DNA of 63,480 nucleotides, filler included, from an uncultured Methanosarcinales archaeon (GCA_964550945.1; 6 parts of 6 records of this genome joined end to end with filler, not necessarily neighbours in it), one strand, 5' to 3'; shown: positions 1 to 9,818, counted from the first letter of the whole stretch. The notes: generated by a model from the sequence alone, not told the origin. Made by a program: numbers and translations.

Positions 1-79
1 TATTCAACTTCTATAAGAAACAGCATAGAAATTAGCTAATCCTGTCCCACATCCAGAAATAGGGATTGGTTTTTAAATG

Positions 80-772
80 TTATTGGTATCTGACTCTATT
101 TAACCCATCTAAATAGGGTGGGCTGCCCAATATTACTGCCAGTGGCTCAGTGTTGGATGGAGGCAAAGTCCCTTTTCCAGCTAAATCTGCAGTTATCCTC
201 TTTCTTAGATCAGTAACTTGATTCACACAGTCCACATGAGGCATTTGATATAAGCCGCCATGAATAGACGGTTCTCCAATATCGGGCATGAATCTTACTC
301 CAATAACACATTCAGAGCTTGGGCCATCGCGGTAATATTCTAACAAGGCAACGCAAATCCTGAGGTGATATCCTTTATGAGCAACACTACCTAACTCATA
401 ATAGCCCCAAAATGTATCTTTTTCTGAGGTGACATCTACGAAGCATGAAAGATGGGATGGGCTACCATTTTTGGCGGCTACATATTTGAGAATAATCTTG
501 CCTAAATCATCAACCCCCTCTAATTTGTGGTCTTCTCCTCTTGCCTCTCCAGTAATAGATTTTACAAAAGTTAATAAATCTGGATCATGCTCTATGACAT
601 CCAAATAATGTGCCATCAATCTTAGGAGATCATCTTCACTAAATCGCTTTTGTTTCCTTGACTGCTCATCTGGCCAAGTGGGGTATTTTGGAAAGTTAAG
701 GGCACTAAGAATAGAATCCAAATTAATCCCGAGTTCTGCTGTTGCTGCATGCTCTGCTGTCAGTGTATCCAT
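80..772 (-). CDS. hypothetical protein (ORFan)
   Basis: 230-aa ORF with a TATA-like element ~25 nt upstream; no recognisable motif. Confidence 0.6.
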   Translation of the reverse strand: MDTLTAEHAATAELGINLDSILSALNFPKYPTWPDEQSRKQKRFSEDDLLRLMAHYLDVIEHDPDLLTFVKSITGEARGEDHKLEGVDDLGKIILKYVAAKNGSPSHLSCFVDVTSEKDTFWGYYELGSVAHKGYHLRICVALLEYYRDGPSSECVIGVRFMPDIGEPSIHGGLYQMPHVDCVNQVTDLRKRITADLAGKGTLPPSNTEPLAVILGSPPYLDGLNRVRYQ

Positions 773-885
773 ATAATATGGGTGTTATGAATTGATTTAT
801 ATACTTATTTATCTAGATTAATTATCAATGTAGGCATATCATGATTATTACGTTATCAAGCTAATACAACTTTAGGATTAAACAA

Positions 886-2439
886 TCAAATCTCCTTGGT
901 AAATCCAAATAGCTGTGGGAAATGCAAACTAAGCCTGTGATGGTAATCTGGATATTCTATAGGAGATATTAAGCAGGCTTTATGATAACCTACAACTCGG
1001 GTATAATCGCCAAACAGCCTCTTAGCGTCAGAAGATTCTTCTTGTTCAGCTTGCCTTAATGGCCTTAAGAAAGTGTCCTGCAATAATTCTAATTCGCTTC
1101 TTGTGTATAATCCGCTTCTTGCAAGCGATGATAAAGAGAAGAATGCGGCCTTATATGCGCCTTCTGTTTCCATAGAGGGATTATCCCAAAATGTAGCGCA
1201 GCTTGTATGCATGAATTGCACAAAAGTCACAGCATCAAGCAAACACAATGCCTTATCCAAATTTTCTTCAGTTGGCTCTGCTCTCAATTCCTCCTTTAAC
1301 AGCTCATAATCACCTGGGTTAAGAATTAGTTTTATATAGTTCTTTGCAGCCCTCAATGGATCTTTAAAAATTTTGCTCCCTTTATTATAAAAGACCTTCC
1401 AAAATTCTTCATCATACGCTTGAATAGCGCTGTAAACATAGTGCTTCCAGTTTCCAGAGCCTCCTTGTTTCCAGCTTCTCACATGATGATCAAGCTGGCT
1501 CCAAGCAGTGTCTTCATTTAACCTTACATGTCTACTTGGCGTAGAGAGTCTTAGGTAATCATCGATACTGGTAAATAATCTGATAGGGCTATCATCTGTT
1601 TTGACCCTTTCGAAATACCTCTCTGCAAATAAATGCCTATCTGGCTTATGGTGGCTGTATAACTCAAAATCAGAGCCAAGTAGCATCAGCCTAGGTGAAG
1701 GGCCATGGCCAAACCACCCTAACTGAGTTTCAATAAAGTTATCTGCGTTCTGAGTAACCCAATCTTCAAAAGATAACTGCTGAGAATGATGATTATAGAT
1801 TATTACATTCATTGATTTTCCATCCGCTAATTCAACAAAGCAAGGCTCAAAACTATCTGGTGCTCCATCAACCTGCCAAGGAGACAAAATAGTATTCTCA
1901 ATGCCCCTGTCAGCAGCTGCCTTTAGAACTCTGAGGTTAACAGCTGCTTCAGCAAACCACATGCTTTTTGGTGAAGTGCCAAACATCCATTCATAAAACC
2001 CAATTCCCCAGTCCAACTGCAGTGAAAGAGTTTGATCAGAAATATTTGGGCCAATCGGATGCGAGAACATCTCTGCCAAGAAATGATTTTTTTTTCTGTG
2101 AGCAATATTCTTAAGTCCATCAAAAACCTGCCTATTATGCATAACAGAATGATCTCCAAGCTGCATCAATAAAGAAGGAGTCCATCCAGTAACCATATAC
2201 TCTAGATTGAAAAGATTAGGCAGATAACACTCCCCAGATACTTGGTCTGTGTGATTAGCGACAACCCTGCCTTGATGCTTTCCATACCTAATTGTGATAG
2301 GGCCATACTGGCCATCTCCTGCAGATTCGCCTGGTTCAGTAGGAGGCAATTCATAAGGCCACAATCCCCTCATAGGAGGTTGATGAGCATGCCCAAATAT
2401 AATTGTATTCCTCTCACGTAACCTAATATCATTCTCCAT
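886..2439 (-). CDS. glycoside hydrolase family 57 (DUF3536-type)
   Basis: HAHQPP, WFAE (nucleophile region), DFELYSHH, AWS and MHTSCATFW motifs of GH57; start moved to MENDIRL. Confidence 0.75.
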   Translation of the reverse strand: MENDIRLRERNTIIFGHAHQPPMRGLWPYELPPTEPGESAGDGQYGPITIRYGKHQGRVVANHTDQVSGECYLPNLFNLEYMVTGWTPSLLMQLGDHSVMHNRQVFDGLKNIAHRKKNHFLAEMFSHPIGPNISDQTLSLQLDWGIGFYEWMFGTSPKSMWFAEAAVNLRVLKAAADRGIENTILSPWQVDGAPDSFEPCFVELADGKSMNVIIYNHHSQQLSFEDWVTQNADNFIETQLGWFGHGPSPRLMLLGSDFELYSHHKPDRHLFAERYFERVKTDDSPIRLFTSIDDYLRLSTPSRHVRLNEDTAWSQLDHHVRSWKQGGSGNWKHYVYSAIQAYDEEFWKVFYNKGSKIFKDPLRAAKNYIKLILNPGDYELLKEELRAEPTEENLDKALCLLDAVTFVQFMHTSCATFWDNPSMETEGAYKAAFFSLSSLARSGLYTRSELELLQDTFLRPLRQAEQEESSDAKRLFGDYTRVVGYHKACLISPIEYPDYHHRLSLHFPQLFGFTKEI

Positions 2440-2508
2440 TATGGAAATACCAACAAAGAGACCCATATATAATCTTATTGTAACCACCAGTTGTGACAAA
2501 AAAATATC

Positions 2509-2522
2509 AAAACGTTTAAATA
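2509..2522 (+). promoter_or_regulatory. BRE-TATA promoter of serS
   Basis: AAAACGTTTAAATA ~24 nt before the ATG (leaderless spacing). Confidence 0.55.
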
Positions 2523-2545
2523 GAAATATAAATTAAGCTCATGTT

Positions 2546-3823
2546 ATGCTGGACATAAAATTTGTAAGGGAAAATCCTGATGCTGTCAGAGAAGACCTAA
2601 GGAAAAGGAATGATCAGGAAAAGCTTTCTTGGGTAGATGATATGCTGGAAAAAGACAAAGAATATAGAAGACTTTTGCAGGAATCTGAGGAGCTAAGGCA
2701 CAGGAGGAATGTGATAACTGACGACATAAACGAGCTGAAAAAACAGGGCAAGGACATTTCTAAAAGAATTCAGGAGGCGAAGGAGCTTCCTAAAAAGATT
2801 GCAGATATGGAAAGAACCATTGATGAGTTGAGAGCGAAGATCCAGTTCTATCTTATGAGGATCCCAAATATTCTCCATAAATCTGTTCCAGTTGGGAAGG
2901 ATGATACTGAAAACAAGACTGTAAGGTTGTCTGGGGAGAAAAAGAAATTCCCTTTCGAGCTAAAAAGCCACGGCGAGCTTATAGAGCAGCTCGGAATAGG
3001 TGATTTTGATAATGCTGCAAAGATCTCTGGAAATGGGTTTTATTACCTGTTTGGAGATCTGGCTTTATTGGAGCATTCATTGCAGAGGTTTGCTATTGAT
3101 ATTTTAGCAAAAAAAGGTTACAAGCTTGTAGCGCCTCCTTTAATGATGAGAAGAAAACCCTATGAAGGCGTAACAGATTTAGCTGATTTCGAAACAATGA
3201 TGTACAAGATAGAAAATGAAGACCTTTATCTGATAGCGACCTCAGAGCACCCTATTGCAGCGCTTAATATGAACAAGACATTTAATGATGATGAGCTGCC
3301 ATTAAAATACTGCGGAATTTCTTCATGCTTCAGGAAGGAGATAGGTTCTCATGGAATAGATACAAAAGGCCTTTTTAGGGTTCACCAGTTCAACAAGATA
3401 GAGCAATTTATTTTCTGCAGGCCAGAAGACTCCTGGAAATTTCACGAAGAGCTGATAAATAATGCAGAGATAATATTCAAGAAGCTAAAATTGCCATACA
3501 TGATAGTTAACATTTGCACTGGAGATATAGGGATAGTAGCAGCGAAAAAATATGACCTTGAGGTCTGGATGCCCCGGGAAAATAAATATAGGGAAGCAGT
3601 ATCTTGCTCAAACTGCACTTCTTACCAGGCAGTAAGATTGAATATAAGGTATAGAAAAGGCGAAGAAAAAGAGTACATCCATACATTAAACAGCACAGCA
3701 ATCGCAACAGGAAGGGCTTTAAGGGCAATCATTGAAAATTACCAGCAAAAAGACGGCACAATTAAGATTCCTGCTGCATTAGTTCCTTATATGAACGGGA
3801 AGAAGAAAATAGAAAAGCAGTAA
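2546..3823 (+). CDS. serS: seryl-tRNA synthetase
   Basis: MLDIKFVREN N-terminus, ATSEHP, FRKEIG..GLFRVHQF.KIEQF, SCSNCT, HTLNST. Confidence 0.98.
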   Translation: MLDIKFVRENPDAVREDLRKRNDQEKLSWVDDMLEKDKEYRRLLQESEELRHRRNVITDDINELKKQGKDISKRIQEAKELPKKIADMERTIDELRAKIQFYLMRIPNILHKSVPVGKDDTENKTVRLSGEKKKFPFELKSHGELIEQLGIGDFDNAAKISGNGFYYLFGDLALLEHSLQRFAIDILAKKGYKLVAPPLMMRRKPYEGVTDLADFETMMYKIENEDLYLIATSEHPIAALNMNKTFNDDELPLKYCGISSCFRKEIGSHGIDTKGLFRVHQFNKIEQFIFCRPEDSWKFHEELINNAEIIFKKLKLPYMIVNICTGDIGIVAAKKYDLEVWMPRENKYREAVSCSNCTSYQAVRLNIRYRKGEEKEYIHTLNSTAIATGRALRAIIENYQQKDGTIKIPAALVPYMNGKKKIEKQ

Positions 3824-3847
3824 ACGTACATTTCTTAAACAGGTAGT

Positions 3848-4072
3848 TTATCCTAATCTCTCAAAATCTTCTAAGGTTAAACCAGCATCTTTGATAATCC
3901 TATGTAATGTTCCTTTCTTCATTTCTGGATGAAGAGGAACCGTAATCTTTATCGTTTTTTCACCATCAAATTTCTCAAGCCTTACATGAGAGCCTTTCTG
4001 TCTTGTGGCTATAAATCCTGCTTTTTTTAAGCGTTTAATAAGATCAATCCCAGAAATCACTGGAAGCTTCAT
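3848..4072 (-). CDS. hicA: HicA-family toxin
   Basis: RQKGSHVRL...ITVPLH..GTL..II. Confidence 0.92.
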   Translation of the reverse strand: MKLPVISGIDLIKRLKKAGFIATRQKGSHVRLEKFDGEKTIKITVPLHPEMKKGTLHRIIKDAGLTLEDFERLG

Positions 4073-4269
4073 ATTGCAACAATAACCTTTTCACCACTGT
4101 GCTCAACGAGTTCATTTGTATCTGCTTCAAGATATAACTCAATAGCCTCTTTAATATTATTTATTGCTTCTTCTTTAGTTTCACCCTGTGAAATACATCC
4201 TGGCAAGGAAGGTACATAAACGGTAAACCCTCCTTCCTTTTGCGGTTCTAGTACAATTGTAAGTTTCAT
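4069..4269 (-). CDS. hicB: HicB-family antitoxin (short form)
   Basis: EGGFTVYVPSLPGCISQGETKEEAINNIKEAIELYL; start at MKLTIV; overlaps hicA start. Confidence 0.92.
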   Translation of the reverse strand: MKLTIVLEPQKEGGFTVYVPSLPGCISQGETKEEAINNIKEAIELYLEADTNELVEHSGEKVIVAI

Positions 4270-4316
4270 TGTAAAAATAGAGAAGATAAATGCGTATATA
4301 AAAGTGTCGTTTTTAG

Positions 4317-4439
<123 letters not shown>

Positions 4440-5420
4440 TTATTTCCAATCAACCTCAACATCATCAGTCCTTTCATAAGGCATTATGTCAATTTCATAA
4501 TTTTTATTAGCTTTTTTCTTTTGAAGAATCCCTTGCCAAGCAATCATCGCTGCATTGTCGACTAAAACAGCTGCTGGCGGAATAAAGCATTTTGCATTTC
4601 TCTCTTCACACATTTTAATGCACATCTCTTGTAATCTTTTATTGCAGGCAACTCCCCCGCCTAAGAGTAATTCATTTTTCTCGCAGTGAGCCATTGCTCT
4701 CTCAGCTACTTCCAAAAGCATAGCAAAAACAGTCTCCTGGCAGGAATATGCCAGATCTTCATTACTGTACTTGCCAATCTTCTGCTTAAGGTTGGTCAAT
4801 ATACCGCTAACACTTATGTCCATTCCCTTTACAACATAGGGCAGCTCAACATAATTCTTACCTTTTAAGGCTAACTCATAAATTTTAGGCCCGCCAGGAA
4901 ATCCCAATCCCAAAGCCCGGGCAAAACCATCTAAAAAGTTTCCAACCCCATTATCCAAGGTCTCGCCAAATATTCTATACTTGCCGCCATCATAAGCAAT
5001 GACTTGAGTATTTGCTCCGGAAACATAAAGCAGAACAGGGTCTTTTGTTTTTGTTAACAATTTCCCAATCTCAAGATGACAAATACAATGATTAACGCCC
5101 ACAATAGGTAAATCATTTTCTTTAGCCAATTCAACTGCCTTATCTCTTCCAACAATTAAGCATGGCGCTAGGCCAGGACCTTGTGAAAACGAGATCAACT
5201 CAACATCATTAAGAGAGATTCCTGCTTTTTCTAAAGCAGAATCAACAACCTTATCCTTGACTTTTAGATGATGCTCTTTTGCTTCGCTTGGATGAATGCC
5301 CCCCTTTTCAGTCGTATAACTATCTTTTTCATTTGCTAATATCTTTCCTTTACTGTCTACAATTCCTGCACCAAATGTGTGTGCAGTGCTTTCAATTCCT
5401 AAGCATATCAGTTTTTCCAT
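4440..5420 (-). CDS. kae1: tRNA t6A37 threonylcarbamoyltransferase Kae1
   Basis: LGIESTAHT, GGIHP, GPGL, VNHCICHLEIG, VSGANTQ, DNAAMIA; alternative start at 5432. Confidence 0.96.
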   Translation of the reverse strand: MEKLICLGIESTAHTFGAGIVDSKGKILANEKDSYTTEKGGIHPSEAKEHHLKVKDKVVDSALEKAGISLNDVELISFSQGPGLAPCLIVGRDKAVELAKENDLPIVGVNHCICHLEIGKLLTKTKDPVLLYVSGANTQVIAYDGGKYRIFGETLDNGVGNFLDGFARALGLGFPGGPKIYELALKGKNYVELPYVVKGMDISVSGILTNLKQKIGKYSNEDLAYSCQETVFAMLLEVAERAMAHCEKNELLLGGGVACNKRLQEMCIKMCEERNAKCFIPPAAVLVDNAAMIAWQGILQKKKANKNYEIDIMPYERTDDVEVDWK

Positions 5421-5440
5421 TTTGATAAGCATACAAAGTA

Positions 5441-5670
5441 TTGTTCGCTTTGGAGAGTAGTTGGTAATTTATTATTTTATTTTTTATTATTTTATTAAAA
5501 ATTATCTTTTAAGATCATTTGTTGGATTTATTTCTTCACCTCTGATTTTGAATTTAATGGCTAATAATCCACCATTAATTTTAAAATTATGCATACTTTC
5601 TTTATTATATCTTATTTGTTGTTGTTTTGACTTTAACTTTTAATGGTTATAATACTATTTTTATTATTAT
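5441..5670. repeat. AT-rich dispersed ~240-bp element, copy A
   Basis: Shares TTGG(A)GAGTAGTTGGTAAT, ATGGCTAATAATC.ACCATT.ATTT and TTTTGACTTTAA blocks with 37506..37745 (reverse) and 57680..57923. Confidence 0.8.
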
Positions 5671-5675
5671 CAAAT

Positions 5676-5888
5676 CTACTCCAATTTAACTATCTTTTCC
5701 CTGCTTGTAAGGCCTGAGATGATTGTGACTTTTTTCTTAGTCAATTTGTGAAGAAATTTGATAAGCTCTTTGTTTGCCTTGCCTTTCTCTGGATGAGCTT
5801 TTATTGCGATCTTATAGCAATTATCCTCTTGCTCTAACATCTCGTTCTTCTTAGAATTAGGCTTCACTATTACTTTTATCAGGCTCAT
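5676..5888 (-). CDS. DUF167/YggU family protein
   Basis: VKPNSKKNE...PEKGKANKELIKFL...IISGLTSREK; start at MSLIKV. Confidence 0.88.
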   Translation of the reverse strand: MSLIKVIVKPNSKKNEMLEQEDNCYKIAIKAHPEKGKANKELIKFLHKLTKKKVTIISGLTSREKIVKLE

Positions 5889-7224
5889 TTTGTAGGAACT
5901 CGTCAATTGCCTTAGCTGCTTTTTTCGCATCTCCCATTGCTTTTATCACAGTATCGGCGCCAGAAACAATATCACCAGCTGCGAATATTTTAGGGTTAGA
6001 TGTTTGGAATATATCATTCACAATCAAATTATTTTTTGGCCCATGCTGCAAGCCAGTTAATTTAGCGATTAAAGGATTTGGGTTTTGGCCAATTGCAACA
6101 ATAACCTGGTCGCATTCTATGATAAACTCAGTATTCTCTATAGGTATAGGCGATCTTCTTCCGCCATCATCAGGTTCACCAAGCATCATCTGCACGCACT
6201 CAACACCTTTGACATTAGCTTCCCCTAATATCCTGGTAGGAACTGTCATCAACATGAAATGGATCCCTTCTTCCTGCGCATGATTTATCTCCTCTGCTCT
6301 GGCTGGCATCTCAACAAATGAGCGCCTGTAAACAACAGTTACGTCTGCGCCAAGCCTTTTTGCTGCCCTTGCAGAATCCATAGCAACATTGCCTCCGCCA
6401 ACAACAACTGTTTTTTGCGCTTTTTTTATTGGTGTAGCATACTCTGGAAATTTATACCCATACATAAGATTGATTCTGGTCAAGAATTCATTTGCACTAT
6501 AAACTCCCACCAGGTTTTCTCCGGGTATTTTCATAAAATTAGGAAGCCCTGCTCCGGCGCCAATAAAAATAGCGTCAAACTTTTTTTCCAAGTCTTCAAT
6601 TGTTTCTGTTCTGCCAATGACAATGTTTGTTTTAATTACTACATCTAATCTCTGGATAAACTCAACTTCTTTGTCCACAATATGGTTAGGCATCCTGAAT
6701 TCAGGAATTCCATAAACAAGGACTCCGCCAAGCTTGTGCAACCCTTCAAAAATAGTCACTTTGTAGCCCATCAAAGCAAGATCAGCAGCACACGTCAAGC
6801 CAGCTGGCCCTGCTCCAACAACTGCCACCTTTTTATTATTGGATTGGATCTTTGCCTGCTCGACTATGCCATTATCAGCTGCAAACCTCTCCAGATAACC
6901 TATATTTATAGGGTCTTTTTTTGCATTAAGGATGCATTCTTTTTCGCATTGCTCTTCTTGAGGACATACTCTTCCACAAACGCCAGGCAAATTATTGGTC
7001 TTTTTTATAGTCTTTAAAGCCATATCAAATCTTTCTTCTTTTAGATATCCGATGAATCTAGGGATATTCACATTAACGGGGCAACCATAAACACATTTTG
7101 GAGCTTTGCATTGCAAGCATCTTGAAGCTTCAGCCAATGCCTGTTCTTTAGTGTAACCTAAATTAACCTCTTCAAAATTGGTTATTCTCTTCCCTGCATC
7201 CTGTTCAGGCATCTTTTGGCTCAT
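5857..7224 (-). CDS. sudA: NfnB/SudA (GltD-like) large subunit of NADH-dependent ferredoxin:NADP+ oxidoreductase
   Basis: EASRCLQC..P.C..GCP, CGRVCPQEEQCE, two GxGxxG Rossmann motifs, FAAGDIV. Confidence 0.9.
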   Translation of the reverse strand: MSQKMPEQDAGKRITNFEEVNLGYTKEQALAEASRCLQCKAPKCVYGCPVNVNIPRFIGYLKEERFDMALKTIKKTNNLPGVCGRVCPQEEQCEKECILNAKKDPINIGYLERFAADNGIVEQAKIQSNNKKVAVVGAGPAGLTCAADLALMGYKVTIFEGLHKLGGVLVYGIPEFRMPNHIVDKEVEFIQRLDVVIKTNIVIGRTETIEDLEKKFDAIFIGAGAGLPNFMKIPGENLVGVYSANEFLTRINLMYGYKFPEYATPIKKAQKTVVVGGGNVAMDSARAAKRLGADVTVVYRRSFVEMPARAEEINHAQEEGIHFMLMTVPTRILGEANVKGVECVQMMLGEPDDGGRRSPIPIENTEFIIECDQVIVAIGQNPNPLIAKLTGLQHGPKNNLIVNDIFQTSNPKIFAAGDIVSGADTVIKAMGDAKKAAKAIDEFLQNEPDKSNSEA

Positions 7225-8021
7225 TTTGCGCTTTTACAGGATTGTTCCTCACAAACATAGCTCCTGTTCCTGTCCATCAATTCTTTCCAATCAACCTTAT
7301 GGCCGTCGAATTCAGGCCCATCAACGCAAGCAAATTTAATCTTATCGTCAACAACGACCCTGCAACATCCACACATCCCCATACCATCAACCATGATTGG
7401 ATTTAAGCTTACGATAGTTGTTATCCTATCTCTTGTCAAATCAGAAACAGCCTTCATCATTATTGGCGGGCCGATTGCAATGACCCTATTGATTATTTTT
7501 TTTTCCATCAGCTCTTTCAATGCAGTTGTAACGAACCCTTTTTTTCCATAGCTTCCATCGTCAGTACAGATGATAAGCTCATCGCTTATTTTTTTGAACC
7601 TATCCTGCCAAAACAAGAATTTTTTTGTTTTTGCCCCTAGTATAGTGATTATGTGGCTTTTCTTTTTTAATGCAGATGCTATCGGATAAATCGGAGCTAT
7701 GCCTAATCCTCCACCCACCAAACAAACTGTTTCAAACTCTTCTATCTCGGTGTTATTGCCTAAAGGGCCAACAAAATCCAGCAAAGAATCCCCTTTCCTT
7801 AGCTTTGAGAGCTGTTCAGTTGTTTTTCCTACAACCAGAAATACTATTGTCACTGTTTTTTTATCAAAATCTGCTATGGTTAATGGGATTCTTTCTCCCT
7901 TCTCATCTATCCTAAGAATAACAAAATTGCCAGCACTGGCTCTTTTTGCAATCTCTGGGGCCAGGATACTCATCGAGTAAGTATCCTCTGCAAGCTTTTC
8001 TTTCTTTAGAATCTCATACAT
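7221..8021 (-). CDS. sudB: NfnA/SudB small subunit (FAD/NAD-binding, 2Fe-2S)
   Basis: GERIPLTIAD, GPLG, GGGLG, MVDGMGMCGCCRV...FACVDGPEF; start at MYEILK. Confidence 0.9.
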   Translation of the reverse strand: MYEILKKEKLAEDTYSMSILAPEIAKRASAGNFVILRIDEKGERIPLTIADFDKKTVTIVFLVVGKTTEQLSKLRKGDSLLDFVGPLGNNTEIEEFETVCLVGGGLGIAPIYPIASALKKKSHIITILGAKTKKFLFWQDRFKKISDELIICTDDGSYGKKGFVTTALKELMEKKIINRVIAIGPPIMMKAVSDLTRDRITTIVSLNPIMVDGMGMCGCCRVVVDDKIKFACVDGPEFDGHKVDWKELMDRNRSYVCEEQSCKSAK

Positions 8022-8022
8022 T

Positions 8023-8154
8023 TTATATCGGACCAAGGCATTGCAATTTTTCATAACCGCAGTCTTTGCATTTCCACACCACATATCTGGAATTACCGCT
8101 TGTTATAACTCCTTTATTGGCAATTTCTCCATCACATCTTTCGCATTTTTTCAT
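8023..8154 (-). CDS. small Zn-ribbon protein (43 aa, below ORF-track cutoff)
   Basis: MKKCERCDGEIANKGVITSGNSRYVVWKCKDCGYEKLQCLGPI*; two CxxC; fills the gap between NYN and sudB; GAGGT RBS upstream. Confidence 0.7.
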   Translation of the reverse strand: MKKCERCDGEIANKGVITSGNSRYVVWKCKDCGYEKLQCLGPI

Positions 8155-8159
8155 AAAAC

Positions 8160-8672
8160 CTATCTCATAACCCTTTTGATTAAATATAGTTGAGCATTTC
8201 TGTCCAAGTCTGTAAAAGAATCCGCTTCTTCCTTTAGCTTTGAAGAGCTTGATTTGCCAAAAGCAACAACTTCTACTCTACATCCCATTGCTCTTTTAAG
8301 ATGATGCAATAAATCAATAAAATCGCCGTCACCAGAAACTAAGACGATTGTGTCGAGTTTTTGAGCCAGCTCTATAGTATCCATAGCAATGCCAATATCC
8401 CAGTCGCCTTTTTTATTTCCGCCATAGAATATTTGGAGATCCTTTGATTTTACTTCATAACCGATCATCTCTAATGCATCAAAAAAATTCTTTTCGTCTT
8501 TTACATCTGCCTTTATAACATACGCTATCGCCCTTATCAAGCTCCTGCCTGCGACTGCTGTTTTTAATAACTGGGCGAAATTTACTTTTGCGCCATATAA
8601 ATTCTTGGCAGAATAATACATATTTTGCACATCTACAAAAACACCCACTCTTTGCTGTTTTGGTTGTCTCAT
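8160..8672 (-). CDS. NYN domain (LabA/DUF88) protein
   Basis: VFVDVQNMY, KGDWDIGIAMD, LVSGDGDF. Confidence 0.92.
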   Translation of the reverse strand: MRQPKQQRVGVFVDVQNMYYSAKNLYGAKVNFAQLLKTAVAGRSLIRAIAYVIKADVKDEKNFFDALEMIGYEVKSKDLQIFYGGNKKGDWDIGIAMDTIELAQKLDTIVLVSGDGDFIDLLHHLKRAMGCRVEVVAFGKSSSSKLKEEADSFTDLDRNAQLYLIKRVMR

Positions 8673-8730
8673 TTTTACCTCTTAAAAATGAGACTTAAAA
8701 TCTTTATTTTTTTGTCTCATTTTTTACCTC
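8666..8730 (-). promoter_or_regulatory. duplicated RBS/start with alternative hairpins and a 12-codon uORF upstream of the NYN gene
   Basis: GAGGTAAAAA(A)TGAGACAA occurs twice; the intervening GTCTCATTTTT is complementary to both copies. Confidence 0.5.
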
Positions 8731-8792
8731 GTAAAAAACCACCCACTAAAATGGGCGGCATGTTTTGGTTAGCTATCATACAATTAAAGTGA

Positions 8793-8862
8793 TTTTTGAC
8801 ACCAGAAAATGCCACCAACAATATCTAACCACCAAACAAAACTTGGTGGCATTTTCGCTGCG
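8793..8862 (-). repeat. ~70-bp hairpin repeat, copy 1
   Basis: 14-bp inverted repeat GAAAATGCCACCAA/TTGGTGGCATTTTC; homologous to 63039..63106. Confidence 0.8.
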
Positions 8863-8900
8863 TGAAAAATGAGGCTCAAAAATAAAATATTTTTTTTGCC

Positions 8901-9818
8901 TCATTTTAAAGCCTCTTTAATCGAGCCTTTTATGGCTTGAGCAGACTTATCAAGCTGCTCCTTAACATCTTTACTCAATTTTAATTCGTATATATTCTCA
9001 ATACCCCCGCTTCCTAATTTAGCAGGAACGCCTATATATAAATCTTTGTAACCATACTCTCCATTCAGATAGGCTGAAACTGGAAATATCCTTTTGCTGT
9101 CAGTAACTATTGCTTCTACCATCTCAACAATGGCTGCGCTTGGAGCATAATAAGCCGAGCCTGTTTTAAGATAATTAACTATTTCCGCTCCTCCATCCCT
9201 TGTTCTTTTGATAAGCTCATCAATCTTTTTCTTGCTTAGAAGCTCAGTTACCGGGATTCCAGAAACAGTTGTGTATTCAGGAATTGGCACCATGCTATCG
9301 CCATGAGAGCCAAGAACTAAAGCATGTATATCCCTTTTTGAAACATCTAACTCTTCTGCAATAAATGTCCTGAATCTGGCAGAATCTAATATGCCTGCCA
9401 TCCCCATTACTTTGCTTGGCTCAAATCCAGTTGTTTTTAGTACAATATAAGACATTACATCTAAAGGGTTTGTGACAACAATAACTATTGAATTCGGAGC
9501 AAATTTTTTTATATTCTCTGCTGCTTGCTTGACAATCTCTTTATTCTTTTTTAGCAAATCTTCTCTGGACATGCCTGGCTGTCTAGGCAAGCCTGCTGTG
9601 ATTATCACGATATTGGCTCCCTTAATCTCTTCGTAATCAGTGGAACCAATAATACTACAGTCGTGGCACTCTATCGGAGCTGATTCTAACAGGTCTAAAG
9701 CTTTTCCCTTAACAGAATCAACAATATCCATTAATACAATATCGCCCAAACCTTTTTCAGCAATCCTATGAGCAGTTGTAGCACCAACCTGGCCGGCGCC
9801 AATAATGGCTATTTTCAT
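8901..9818 (-). CDS. mdh: malate dehydrogenase (LDH-like)
   Basis: GAGQVG, ITAGLPRQPGMSREDLL, VTNPLD, LDSARF, LGSHGD. Confidence 0.95.
   Translation of the reverse strand: MKIAIIGAGQVGATTAHRIAEKGLGDIVLMDIVDSVKGKALDLLESAPIECHDCSIIGSTDYEEIKGANIVIITAGLPRQPGMSREDLLKKNKEIVKQAAENIKKFAPNSIVIVVTNPLDVMSYIVLKTTGFEPSKVMGMAGILDSARFRTFIAEELDVSKRDIHALVLGSHGDSMVPIPEYTTVSGIPVTELLSKKKIDELIKRTRDGGAEIVNYLKTGSAYYAPSAAIVEMVEAIVTDSKRIFPVSAYLNGEYGYKDLYIGVPAKLGSGGIENIYELKLSKDVKEQLDKSAQAIKGSIKEALK

Noticed and set aside
5461..5643. 60-aa plus-strand ORF
   Set aside because: Low-complexity translation of the AT-rich repeat; not conserved as an ORF in the other copies
5857..7224. Glutamate synthase
   Set aside because: GltD-like, but paired with an NfnA/SudB gene and no GltB is present, so NfnAB/SudAB is the better call
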